DNA of 41,944 nucleotides from Rotaria socialis (Eukaryota): NCBI GenBank assembly GCA_905331295.1, contig CAJNYD010000013.1, positions 330,763 to 372,706 of the forward strand, read 5' to 3'. Shown piece by piece: positions 12,576 to 24,833 of this stretch (position 1 is its first letter; each line of letters starts with the position of its first letter). The notes under the pieces were generated by a model. It saw only the letters and a program-made list of their open reading frames with translations, ran no database searches and was not told where the DNA came from. The position numbers and the translations under genes were made by a program.

Positions 12576-15500
12576 ATGTTTGTCTCTGTCCTAGTGCTTG
12601 TCATAACTATAACGATGACAGATGGGCAAGCGACATCGTTATTTAGTTCCGATCGTTTGATTGGTCTCGAAGAGATTGAGTCAGGATTCGATGTGATAAA
12701 TATGGTCTCTTTAGCAGAGTCGGAATCCCGATTTCGAATATTTGATTTGAGCGAGACTGGTTCCAATCAATTCCAAGTTTCTGTGCTCGGACAACAACGT
12801 ATGTTCAATACTCCACTTAATGTACAGGTGACCAATATCAATACACGTCGTGTGATCAATTGTGAAGATTTGTCGAATGACTATAAACACTTCTATTCAA
12901 AGTATATATTATCTTTTCTTGGAGTATCCTAATAATCAAAATCTTGTCTTTGTTTGTTACGCAGTTATTTCCGATCGACAAGAAGCACCTCGACGTGGTC
13001 TGCTGTCATAGTTGGCGGAAGTACTAGCCGTCATGATACCTTACGAAAAATAGAGGAGGCCATTAATAAACAGTCCAAAGCGGTTGCTACATCAACTTCT
13101 TGGTGGGGCCTTTATTCTATTCAATTGGGACCACCTTTCTTTATCCAGTAAGTGCTGTTTGATTTTTAACGTTTGGGTGAACTAATTTGATGGGCTTTAA
13201 TCGTGCACTAGGTTAATGCTAAACTTAATTTACTAAAATAATTTACACGCTTCACAAAGGTACTGTTCTAATCAGTAGCGAAAAAATCTCGGATGATCAT
13301 ACTCTTCTAGCAAGTATCATTACTATTCGTTGATATCAATTTGTATTAACACCATGACTGACATAATCTCTAGAGTTGTCATAATTAAAGGCGACTTTTA
13401 AAATTCTTGATATTCGGTGCGAAGAACTATTTTAATCAATTTTGTTCTCTCTCGTTCTGTAATTCATTGAAATAGCAATGATGATAGCTAGCGTGATCCA
13501 GGAATCGTGAGCTTTACGTTATTTTATTTAAAAAGCGTATTTTCTATTCGACTGATAATCGACTAAAAGCTCATCAGTTTCATCAATTTCTCTTGAATAC
13601 TTCGAAAAGAAACGATCAAATACTGTACTTCTAATATAAACTCAATACAAAGTTTGATTTTCATCCGCTTACTTAGATAAAGAATGTTTAATATTTACCG
13701 GGATCGACGATGGCTTAATATTGCTCAGTCTTATCCACAAGTCTGTTCAATTCCTTGAGCCACATTTGAGATTTGTTTTGAATTGTGACGATCTGACATT
13801 ATTTGCGAAGAAATATTGCTGATGCATAAAAAATCTAGAAGGTCGATCAATAATTTTATAAGTCTGACTGTCAAGATCACTCAATCCTTGCTCCCGGATT
13901 TCAGTTCAGATTTCATGCGAAGCCGATAATTTCCATGAGTTGTTATCCGAGAGCAAGGATGCCTGCAACTATCGTCAGGAACTGACCAGCATTTTATGAA
14001 TCCGATTGGATGCTGACGAGCCTAAGTGAATTTGATTTTCCGTCTATTTAATTAGAGCAGCTACTTTACAACACAATAAATAAGAATTCCCCGCATGAAG
14101 TCTAAAACAGTGATCAAGGTTGATTTGAAAGAAAAATGAATCAAAGCATAATGAATGATTTTTGGTTTTGCTCAGGCCGAAAAGTACCGACTGGTTCCCG
14201 TAAGAATACACCGAAAGTCGATGGAACATGGAAGCAGTATTCCGACCGATTCCAGTCAATTCTTGTTCTTTGTGGCGGATATCGACCGGATATCACCGGA
14301 AAAAGTCGACAAATTTTCCGATCGTAATAGTGCTTCCATGTTCTAGTGACATCCAGTGCTCTCCTGCAGGATAAGACGATTTCCCCGCTTCTTTCTTGCT
14401 GGTTCCTACAATATCCGGTGACCGAAACGATCGATATGGGTAAATATAAGAATATAAAAGAGCGTGAAATATTTGCGTAAGACTGAGAAATTTCACTTGC
14501 AATTTGAACCATGTAGTTCAAATCGATTTCCATCTAATTCACCATGACTGAATTTCGAATTAGAATACTCTATTCAATAAAAACATTATGCTTATGAATG
14601 TCAAAGCTAAAGTTGGTTGTACATTCGTATCAAATTAATTGAGAAATATTTATATTAACTAGATATTTGCTCGAGCTGCACTCTGTAAAAACCAAGTGAT
14701 CGCAATTATGAAGATCACAAGGATGACATTTGAATTATATACTATTAGATCTACTCTTACTTCAACATATGACTACATTAGTGGTGGAGTCAGGCGGTAA
14801 CTCAGGATGCTTAGTTTCCTCTTCATGAACTTTCAGCCCTCTGACGAGAGTTTCCAAAGGTGTATTTTATTCTGACGACGGGAGAAGGGGCACTCAAACC
14901 CACATTAAGGATTTGAAGTCCTCCTAGTCCGAAGTTCTCCCTCCGTCGCTGCACTGAATCAAAATGGGTTTTATACACTAAACTGATTTTAATCTGTTTT
15001 AACTCATTTGAATCACGTTTAATCAATTCGTAAATTTTTTTCAATTAATCTACTTGATTTAATCAATTACAATCGATTACTAATGTGATTGTACAATCAC
15101 TACTTGAAAAAATTTATATAGAACTTATAACTGTACTATATTTGGATGACTTTGATTCAGTGGCAAATTAATAGTTTATACACGCAAGAAATCCAAATCA
15201 TCATGAGAAAATAAGGGTTTCCTGTTTGAATGCCGGGGAAAACGCTGATTTACAATAAAAATTATAAAAATTGATCAAAAGTTAAGAATAAATTAAAATC
15301 CATTAAAGATAACAATATATTACAGTCGACTTACAGCTGATATATGGTTTGAATCGACAAAAACGTAAAGCTAGGATGAACTGATTACAATGCAAGAATA
15401 GATTACAAACCATGAACGGCAGCAAGATATTACAATAAATTTTCTGGAAGTTACAAATCTATTTTAATGACTACTATTATAACCGTAGTTTCCCAGGACG

Positions 15501-18205
15501 AGCTTTACGACGTCCGTATACGGTGAAATACGGGCCGTATACGGCCCGTATTCTGCCGTATACGACGGTAAATCGCCGTATTTGGCCGTATTACATGGCT
15601 CCGTATTACGATCGTAAATCTCCGTGTCGTAATACGGTGAAATACGATCAAAAACGACCGTAAAGCGCCGTATTTCGCCGTATACGGCACGGAGATTTAC
15701 GATCGTAATACGGAGCCATGTAATACGGCCAAATACGGCGATTTACCGTCGTATACGACCGTGTATGTTCGACCTGGGTTAATCTTTTTGAACATAAAAA
15801 AATAATTATCATGATTTATCAAATAGTCGATTATATTTGTTTTTTGATGTGATAATAAATCTATTTTAATCATTATTTGCATGAAGATAATTCAGTATAA
15901 TGAATTTTGTAAATTTAAATAATTATTAAACTACGGTTAAAATTGTGTTATTATTATAGATTTTTAATCACTAAAAAGTCGATTATTAACAAAATTTTCG
16001 CGATTCTTTTTCTACATGTGAGATAAGGAACGAAAATACAACAAATTGCCATGACTCAAGATTTGCATATTTTTTGGATAGTAAAACTCGATACGAAAGT
16101 GATTTAGTAAAAGACGTCAGGTGCCTGTTAAAGCGTATCCACTTAATAAGTACATTCTACTGCATTTTAATGAATATAAGTCATGAACATCAGTAAAAAT
16201 GGGTTGATAGGTAAAAAGCACCTTATAATGCTCAGCTTTGTTCAGAAAACGTCAACCAACGTTTTCTATTATAGGTTCCAAGATTAATACTTGTTGTAAT
16301 GGTTTTAACATCATATGTTGAAAAAAATCGGGACGTGTTTTTCTTTTGCTGAATATATGTATATATACAAAAAAGCTTGTCTTCAAATATTTACATTTAT
16401 TTCTCTTGTCTGAAAACATACTTATTATATATGTTTCTCATATTCGTTTGATAGCAATATATTCTGACAATTTTTTTACCGCTTCTTATCGTCAAAGTTT
16501 TTCCATCCAAACTTCCAACAATTTTCATATGCACAGATATTCAAAAATTACTGTTGCGTACAAATTGACGGGCTTTGTGGAAAGTTAAAAATTGTCAACA
16601 TTATCCTAATCAATTAAGCGCCATTGATCGTTAAAATGTTAAATATACTTTTAAAATAGTGAATCGTGAGAAATTACTTATATGAATACGCTAAAACATT
16701 TAGTCTAGATAGAATGTGAAAAATTTGCAATTTTTCGGATTCATTATTTTCTGCATTTACAGACTCGATCCTATGTTCAATGCAAGTATGTCGGCTATTA
16801 TAAATAAACAACATGTTCCGCGAACTGAATCAGAGCAAACGCTGTACAATATTCTCTTACAAACATTTGGTACTCATTATGTGATGCATGTGGTCGTTGG
16901 TGCCACCGCTCACATGTACACTTTAATAAACAGTGCTTTCACAAAATCAGCGACATTTGAAGAAACTGCGACGGAAGTCTCCAAGATGAGCAATTCATTT
17001 TTCTTACCTAAGATTGTACCGAAATCAATGCACAGCATTAAGGAGAGTCTCTCTGAATCATTTCGAAAAAACTCTCGATTTTTTGTTGAATATCAACCAC
17101 CTGTTGCACTGGTGCCTGGTAAAACCGAATGGCAGTAAGTAGATGTTTTTGTCTTACTGATACATACTCAATTTTTATGCTTATTATAAAGTTATGAAAA
17201 ATCATTTGTAAACAGTTGTTTCTCACATATTTCATCTAAACAAAATATGAATCCTACAAATTAATTAGCTTCAATAAAATAGACGAAAACATGAGATACG
17301 CAAACGTTAAATTTTATTAATTTTCATCCTAAAACTCAAAATTTGACGAGATGAATCGATGAAAGTATCGTGAGTTTTTTTTGGGATTCTATGTATCTAT
17401 TTGATCGAATTGAATGGATCAATGCTGCTAATTGTTTCCAAATCTATGTAAGTAATCGACTAGACATGAGAGATTCAGTGGAAATTTACTCTCTGGATGA
17501 AAACGAACCTAGGCAGAATATCTACACACTGTTTCATCAAGAATGTTTTGCGTGTAATAGAAACCAATGCCACAGAGGAAACCCCTATGAAACAGTGCGA
17601 AGAGTCTTCGCCAAAGACTGGCAAGACTAGCTTGAGCTAGGTAACGATCTGGATTTCATTCACAAAGAGTTAAATCAGTTGATAAATACTATTTCATGAT
17701 GTTTCTCAGTTTCAAAAAATCAACGAATCGAAGTTCATTTGGAAGAGATTGGATAGTTTAATAAAAACAAACTGATAAGATCATTATCCATGAACAACAA
17801 TATCTACATAGTACAGATCATTGTTATAGAAGTTGGGGTAAGCTCTGAAACCGCGCGCCTCTCAGTACTTCAATAAACGCATCCATGTCAATCTCAATTT
17901 ACTCATGAGTAATCTGAATATGAAAAAAGTGACTAAAACATACGCAAGACTTTCTAAAAAAGTATCGATCGGTACGACATCATGTACTTTTTTGCTTATT
18001 GGGTAATCCGATAATTTATTCTCTCGTTTGTTCTAGATCTTGGCTAGACAATGCTATTTTAACTCCAGTGGTTGTCAATCGTACACTTACCCCATTGTCC
18101 AATATATTCAATCGTTATCCACTCATTCGAGCTCATTTACGGCATACAATAGACCACTACTTGAGACATGGGAAATATCCCAAACTTGCTGAACTCAATC
18201 GATAG
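12576..18205 (+). CDS. Complete secreted MACPF/perforin-like protein, paralogue B (~349 aa); exons 12576-12901, 12965-13147, 16763-17134, 18037-18205
   Basis: Signal peptide MFVSVLVLVITITMTDG, GFD..., GPPFFIQ|LDPMF, MACPF signature FGTHYVMHVVVGA, and C-terminal WQSWL...PVVVNRTLTPLSNIF. Three phase-2 GT-AG introns join to 1050 nt in frame. AATAAA at 18364. Confidence 0.88.
14171..14440. mobile_element. Degenerate CCCAGG-family MITE in MACPF intron 2
   Basis: Ends CTCAGGCCGA...TCGATATGGG, with internal inverted repeat gaacatggaagcagtattccgaccg / cgatcgtaatagtgcttccatgttc. Locally GC-rich. Confidence 0.6.
15492..15778. mobile_element. Young 287-bp CMC/EnSpm-type MITE with a 2-bp TT target duplication, in MACPF intron 2
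   Basis: tt|CCCAGGACGA...TCGACCTGGG|tt, with long internal inverted repeats (gtatacgacggtaaatcgccgtatttggccgtattacatggctccgtattacgatcgtaaatctccgtg and its reverse complement). Confidence 0.9.
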
Positions 18206-21200
18206 AATAGCACTGATCATGTGTTATTAATGTTTTTCATCTGACAACTTAAATATTGCTTTCATCTCTTTTCGATTTTATTAGAATGCTCATGCTTCCT
18301 GGTAACTATTGATCTCTGTTGGAGTGTTTCGTTCTGGCTGCTAATCTCTTGATATTTTTGTTCAATAAACGATTAACACCCATATAAAACAAGGGCAAAT
18401 GGTTAGATGAGAATCAATTAGAATCATACACCTTTTCATCGACTGTTAATCGATTTAAAGCAATCACACTATGTATACCGATTCTTAACCACGAAAATCT
18501 ATCTGTCTTGATTTTATATCGTTAGCTAACTCCCTGTCTATTTCTAATCGTCGAAACATCGAAAAAAGGTACCATATGGAACTTAAAAACGGTTTCGAGA
18601 TTTTCATCGAAAGCGACACAATTTTTGAGTTGCGTAAAATTATGGCTAAAGATAAAGCCATCTTGAATCTACACTCAAAATGATTTTGTTGTTGAAATTC
18701 TGTCACGATTCTAATCCGATATACGTATCTACGTATGCAGAGTTGGTAACGACAAACTTATGCCTTTCACTATCCTTTTATTCTATTTCATACAGCGCTT
18801 TATATGTAATCTCAAGCAGATTGATACAATCGAAATCTAACTTAAACCATCTACATTAATGTACCAAATTATCTGTCTATCCCCTAATTGACTATTTCGA
18901 TCGTATCGATAAGAACCTAAAACAAAAGACAATGAATAAATCAGGTTTTTATTATTATTGAATTCTTAATTATTATTTTGATCATATCGAACTGTATTCG
19001 AAGTCGAGAACAGTTCAAGAACGAATAGATGAAATGAGGATTTTTCAATAGTATTAAAATGGTTTCAGATTTGGAAAGTAAAGTGATTCATACACGGAAT
19101 GATTCTTGATCCAATAGGTTATTGTTGATATTGTGTGCAATTTTAGTTCACCAAACACATCTCAAACTGAACAATCATGAAGATGGAAAACGAATATTGG
19201 AATACTACGAAAAATTCTTTGAGAGGTTTAAAGACTGTACTTTCTTTCAAATAGGACAAAATTCTAAAAGAATCCAAAAATCTAGAAGGCTTTAGTAGTA
19301 TCAGATAAAAACTCCAGATCTGATTTTGGTTCGTTATTATGTATTTTGATGTGGAGTATACTCGGAAACTCTATGGTTTGTTGGGAAACACTTCGAAAAC
19401 TGAAAGGATATTTCCTCTTACTTTGTAAGATTTCGACTGAAATTTTTGACAGTACAAATTTCCGACAACACTATAAAAGTTTCTCAAAATGCGATTAGGT
19501 GTCGAATATCACGAAAAAGATATTCCAAGACACTTTAAGAGTATTAGCATTGGTATTTCAGGGAGTATAAGGGTTTCCGAACTGTCAACAACCAATCAGA
19601 TATTTACAGACTCGATGCCACTCTAATGATTTGTGAATGGTTATCCGAGTACGTTTTGATTTTCTACGAAATAGATTGCTACTAGATAGCACTTAATTTA
19701 CACCCTTAATCTTAACTTAACTTCCCAGCTGATTTCTTCATTCTTAATCTGACCTCTAAACTAATTCTCTTGTGCATATATATATATCTCATAATTCATC
19801 ATTTTAGTCTCAAACTAACCTCAAAGTTATTTCAATACCTTTATTTAACAGCTTCACTTAGGCGAATCTACTTGAGGTTTTCAACAGAGAACGTGTGCCA
19901 TTATTTTTTTTGCGATCAGAAATTTAAATGGAATCCCCCTTTTTATAATCCTCAGCAATTCAGTCGCTTTGATTTGTTTTTATTACTGCATATTGAAAAT
20001 ATTTCATTCAATGCATAACATGATTAGTTTAGGAACAGTTAGTGTTTGATTTCCACTCAACTCGATGAGAAAAAAATTTGGACGTGTACATCTACTTTAA
20101 TGCTCATGTTTTGAAATGAAATTAGGTGAGTATTTTACGAAATCTTTTCAATTTTCAATACTGAAAAGTGTTTATCACGAAACTTTCTTGAATATTAAAC
20201 ACTGACAAGGTTTCTTTATGCAATTCTACGTGATAGTAAATCCTTTTGAAGTTTCGTGTCTGCCAACGAAACTTTTTTAAGCATAGTTAAGTACCAAGGA
20301 ACCCTTCAAGTTCCGTATCGTATATTTTCTTCACTATGTACTTAACGTTAACCCCTTATACATATGCTGCATGTTCTTATCCAGCTCTTTTCTTGTTCCC
20401 TCAATATCTAACTTCTGAATAGCTGTCTAACCCCTACACATATATGTTTATGACCCTTTGTCTATTTGTTTTTGTTATACCTACACTTACACTCATTTAT
20501 CGAAACATATATGCTCTTATGTCTGTTTGGGTTACCTGTGTTAAAGTAAAAATGAAGAAATATTCTATCGTTTTCAACTAACTAAAGAACAACGCGAACA
20601 TAAAAATGGAACCCAGAATGAATACATGAAGGCTACAGATGGATATGGAACGTTCATAATATATAATACGAATGATGGTCAGCAATTTGCGATGGCAAAT
20701 ATTTTCAACTGATATGCATTGCAAAAAGCTATAAGAAAACCCAGTCATACAATACTATTTAAAATACAAATATAGAAAAAAATTAATTAAGCAGATACTA
20801 TGTTTCTGTCGACAATATGTTAACGGTTTAACAAATTTAGCGAGGAAACTTTGATTGCTCTATAAGTGAAGTGTGTTCCCTATTGTCCAAAGAATTGGCT
20901 CCGTATAGAAAATAGACAGTTTAGAAACGGTAATGTTATATCTAAGCTCGATTGCAAACTGAAACGTAGATAAGTCAATGGAGAAAAAATTAAGACTAGG
21001 CGACTTTCTGATGACTGGGTATTTATACAAAAATTCAAAGAATTCGTTCCATATACATTGCTCTGTCAGTGTAATATAATACTCATCCAGCGATTATGAT
21101 TTGCCAGATGGCTACTCACATTCATGAAGGAATATTGGTGGAATTTTGTGTGTATGTATGCTTTCCGATCTGTTTGACCGGTACTCATTGGTATTTTTCT

Positions 21201-22007
21201 TTGGAGATTCACTTACTAGCGAAAGTATGAGTACTCATTGTGGTATTGATAATCATTTCTTCACAAGACATTCAACAAATTGCTTATGGATTCGAATATA
21301 AAAAGCAATAATATAATCGAATCGAGCATAGAAAGAATGTGTTTTAATGACTTATACCTTTATTCGTCTATTCTTTTTTAATGAGCTATTCACCCTATTT
21401 TAATAAGCGATGACTTTAAGAAAGAAAAAAAGACTTTCATTTAGGTAATTTTTCCTTATGTTGAGATCAAATGTTTGTTTAAACATATGAATGAAAACAC
21501 TGTCTAATTCCATTTTCTAAAATTTAGATAAAATTTCTTTCTACATTAAATTACAGGATTCAATTTGATTGTGAAAAGCAACGAAAAACATTTTCTCTAA
21601 TAAGTTTTGTTATTGATTGCTTGTGATTTTTAATTATGAAGACACGTGCATTTTGTTTGATAGAAGACTAATTAATCGTTTTTACTCGTTTTTCTTTATA
21701 AAAAATACATAAAAGATAGCCACTAATGTAAAAAACACTTTCCGTAATAATCACTACTGAATTTGTTCATTAACACATTTCTCCATCCCACTGAATAATT
21801 TATTATTCATTTCTCTTCACTTATGTTTTACTGCTCTTATAACATATCTAAATTTACTTGCTCATGTACACAACGATAAATAAAAGCTACACTCTCATAT
21901 AATAAAGAATGTAATCGATTGTAGTAGATTATATAATCAGATTTGGCTGGTTTATACGATTCTTACTCTAATATTTATAATCGACTCCAAAATATAACAG
22001 ATTCTAT

Positions 22008-22121
22008 TAGATTATAAGGAGGGATCACATGATAGTTCATTTCTGATTTGTACCAGTTCACATCTTGCCCTTTTACCACTTGATCAATAACTATCAAAGC
22101 AAAAACAATCAAGAAATTCAT
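22008..22121 (-). pseudogene. Truncated 5' fragment (~38 codons) of the coiled-coil gene
   Basis: Almost identical to 8890-9003. Homology stops at 22008 and no downstream exons are recognisable. Confidence 0.85.
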
Positions 22122-23009
22122 TTTGGCATTAGCTGACGAATGATTCTATAGGTATTTATGCAGAATTGACGATGTCGATACATGACGAGAACATTCTAGG
22201 TATTCAGTGATTAATTCCTGTTTTTCGTGTGTAAATAACCGTCTCTATTCAGTTGTGATGAATTCAGAATGTATAAATTATGATTATATGCATACTGAAT
22301 TTCAATAAAAAAAAGGTAACGAATGTCTGTTTCGGCGACTTTGAACGTGAAGAAAGCGAGTTTTATGCAAGCTATAGCATTCATCTTAGTGTAGTACTTA
22401 GGTAAATTGAATTGGCTTCATTTTGGGGCACTGATGAATGAGTATGCTTTTTTTAATTGACACAATCCATGAAGGAAGCTGTTGAATACGCATGAATGTG
22501 CAATAATTGGCAAGACGGTAGTATTGATAAATTCGATAGAGCATGAAACATTTTGTCGTCATCAACGGCGCTCATACAGCGGACTAAAAACGTTGAGTCT
22601 GACTGAGCCATATACACTCACATATCTTCACAGCAAAGTATTGAAATCATTTTGAGTGATTCTTGTGTTAACCCTGATCTACACGCATACATCTAGTACG
22701 AACTTATTTTTTATGAATGTATATGAATCAATTATTACATAGTGTGAGTGATGCAGCATTTCTCCTGGTTGTGGCATTTAATAATGATTGACATTTTCCG
22801 TTTTAAATAATTGTCATATCTACTATGGCTAGCACATAATCTATCGATTATACAGTATGCTCATCAGTATACAGTTCTCGTAGTGCACAACATACCAGAA
22901 GCAAGCGACGTGTGTGCAAATGTTTTGCATAATTAAATTCAGCTATCGAAAAAGATTTAAATTACTGTGATTTTATCGCATTTTAAGTTCCCTCAGTTTT
23001 CGTTGCATT

Positions 23010-23288
23010 ATGCACGTAATGATTGTAATTTTCATGAGCGTGTGTTTGGTAATGGCGACGTCGGCTAATGACTTTTGGGAAATAAATGGTTTCTCAAAGC
23101 TTACAGTTCCTGTTCCACCAAGGCCGCCTCTACCACCTATGCCGGGGTATAGTCGTAGGCCATCGTTTAAGCTTCCAACATTACCTCGATGGGTTCCTAC
23201 ACCCCACCGAATATCGCTACCTACACCTCCTTCTCTGTCTTCTACAACTATTCAAAGTTCAACATCTGTCGATTCGTCAACACCATGA
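23010..23288 (+). CDS. Secreted Pro/Arg-rich peptide with Ser/Thr-rich tail, copy 2 (92 aa)
   Basis: Signal-like MHVMIVIFMSVCLVMATSA, then VPVPPRPPLPPMPGYSRRPSFKLPTLPRWVPTPHR and an S/T-rich C-terminus. Paralogue of 9892. Confidence 0.65.
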   Translation: MHVMIVIFMSVCLVMATSANDFWEINGFSKLTVPVPPRPPLPPMPGYSRRPSFKLPTLPRWVPTPHRISLPTPPSLSSTTIQSSTSVDSSTP

Positions 23289-24833
23289 GTGCTTCGAATT
23301 CTGTATCGACGAGTTCAACATCAGCGAAGAACAAATAATGAATATGTTGATGTTCAAAGTCTGAACTGACGTCAAGATTTTGAGTAGTTTTTTCAATTTA
23401 AAGCTCTTGTTCAGAAATATAAAAAAGTTATCACGAATACCATATGTTCATATCTTCATTTTTTACACACTTCAAAAGTATTTCAGTGTGAGTGTATTTG
23501 CTGGCTTTGCGTGACATATTGGGTACACGCTGTCGTGTTTGAAGCGGATACGCGATGTGCTATAACCAAGGATGATATCAGCCATGGCAGTAGCTCAATA
23601 ACTTCAGATTAATATATGATATAGCTGATGATTCGCGCTACTCATCTATATAGCCAGTATGATAGATCAGATTGACTGCGATTGATATAAAAATAAGCAA
23701 GCTCATTGAATATTATTTGCAAACTTCATATAGATCAGTATATTTGTACTTTGCTTCTATATTTTCTATCTTACATAGAATACGGGCTAGAAGAATTTTT
23801 TTAGTCTCTCGTAAATATCAGACACAAAAATACCAAGTCCAAAGAAAATTGATGTGAAAGCAATCACATTGATTATTTGGTTACCATTCATGTGCGATGA
23901 ATTAATGCTTGTTTTTGTGCATTTGCTTATTTAAAACACTACGAGACCAGGAGCACTGATTCGAAATGAGATACAATTACACATGGTCGGCGAGCGTCAT
24001 AATCCACAGCAATTTCCGATGGATGCTAGGAGGAAAATAGTCTAACTATTCTTTATGCAAATCTAATTCAGTTATTTATGAAAAATATTTCATCGAAAAG
24101 TCTTTACAAGGCGCTTGAAAATAGTATACTTCGAAAAGCAGGCAGAAAAAGGAAGTGCAATGCGTCACAAGAAAATGTATAGTTGTCATACAAATACATG
24201 ATCTAATGGTGAGTATCGAATGATAATTTCAGATAATAAATGTTATTGACTGATGTTATTTTGGTTCATTTGATCCGTGCCTCTAACAGTAACAGATTTC
24301 ATATTAGTCATCTGTGGTAGGAGAAGGGGAGATTATTTGGTAGCATTTTCTAAAGGTTTTTCTATTTTCCCATAGTAGAAAGCATTTTAAATAAATTGAT
24401 AGTATCTCGAATGAGTTCCTAAACACCTATTATTATTACGACCAGTCCGCAGTCCATATATGTTAGAACTACAGTTAGACTCCATTATATGCTTCAAGCT
24501 ACTTATTATCCAGTGCGTTTCTTAGTTTGTAGTATGCGTCAGCAGTGGAGCTGATAAGTTAGATGAATGACATAATAAAAACAGTGTTTCCCAACTTCCA
24601 TTTGCAGCATTATTATCGAAATTCTTCATTCGATTTCTGGAATTACAGTGAACTCCTAGGGATTCCGGGAATCGGACAGAATTCAAATTCGGTCTGCTTT
24701 CGGAATGTTCAACATTGTGGAATAGGATGACTGCTCGTAATTAGATGAATAGATCGTAATAATAATACGCTATTTCAGGCGATCATGCTTTCAGTTGGAA
24801 ATATTAAGAATTCAGAAAAACATTTAACAAACA

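Noticed and set aside
2780..17134. Mutually exclusive alternative exons of one MACPF gene
   Set aside because: The duplicate exons lie upstream of exon 1 of copy B and each set has its own stop and polyA signal, so they are separate paralogues.
18400..22000. Possible decayed gene or transposon fragments between cassette copies
   Set aside because: Only short stop-interrupted frames and weak inverted motifs; nothing I can assign from sequence alone.
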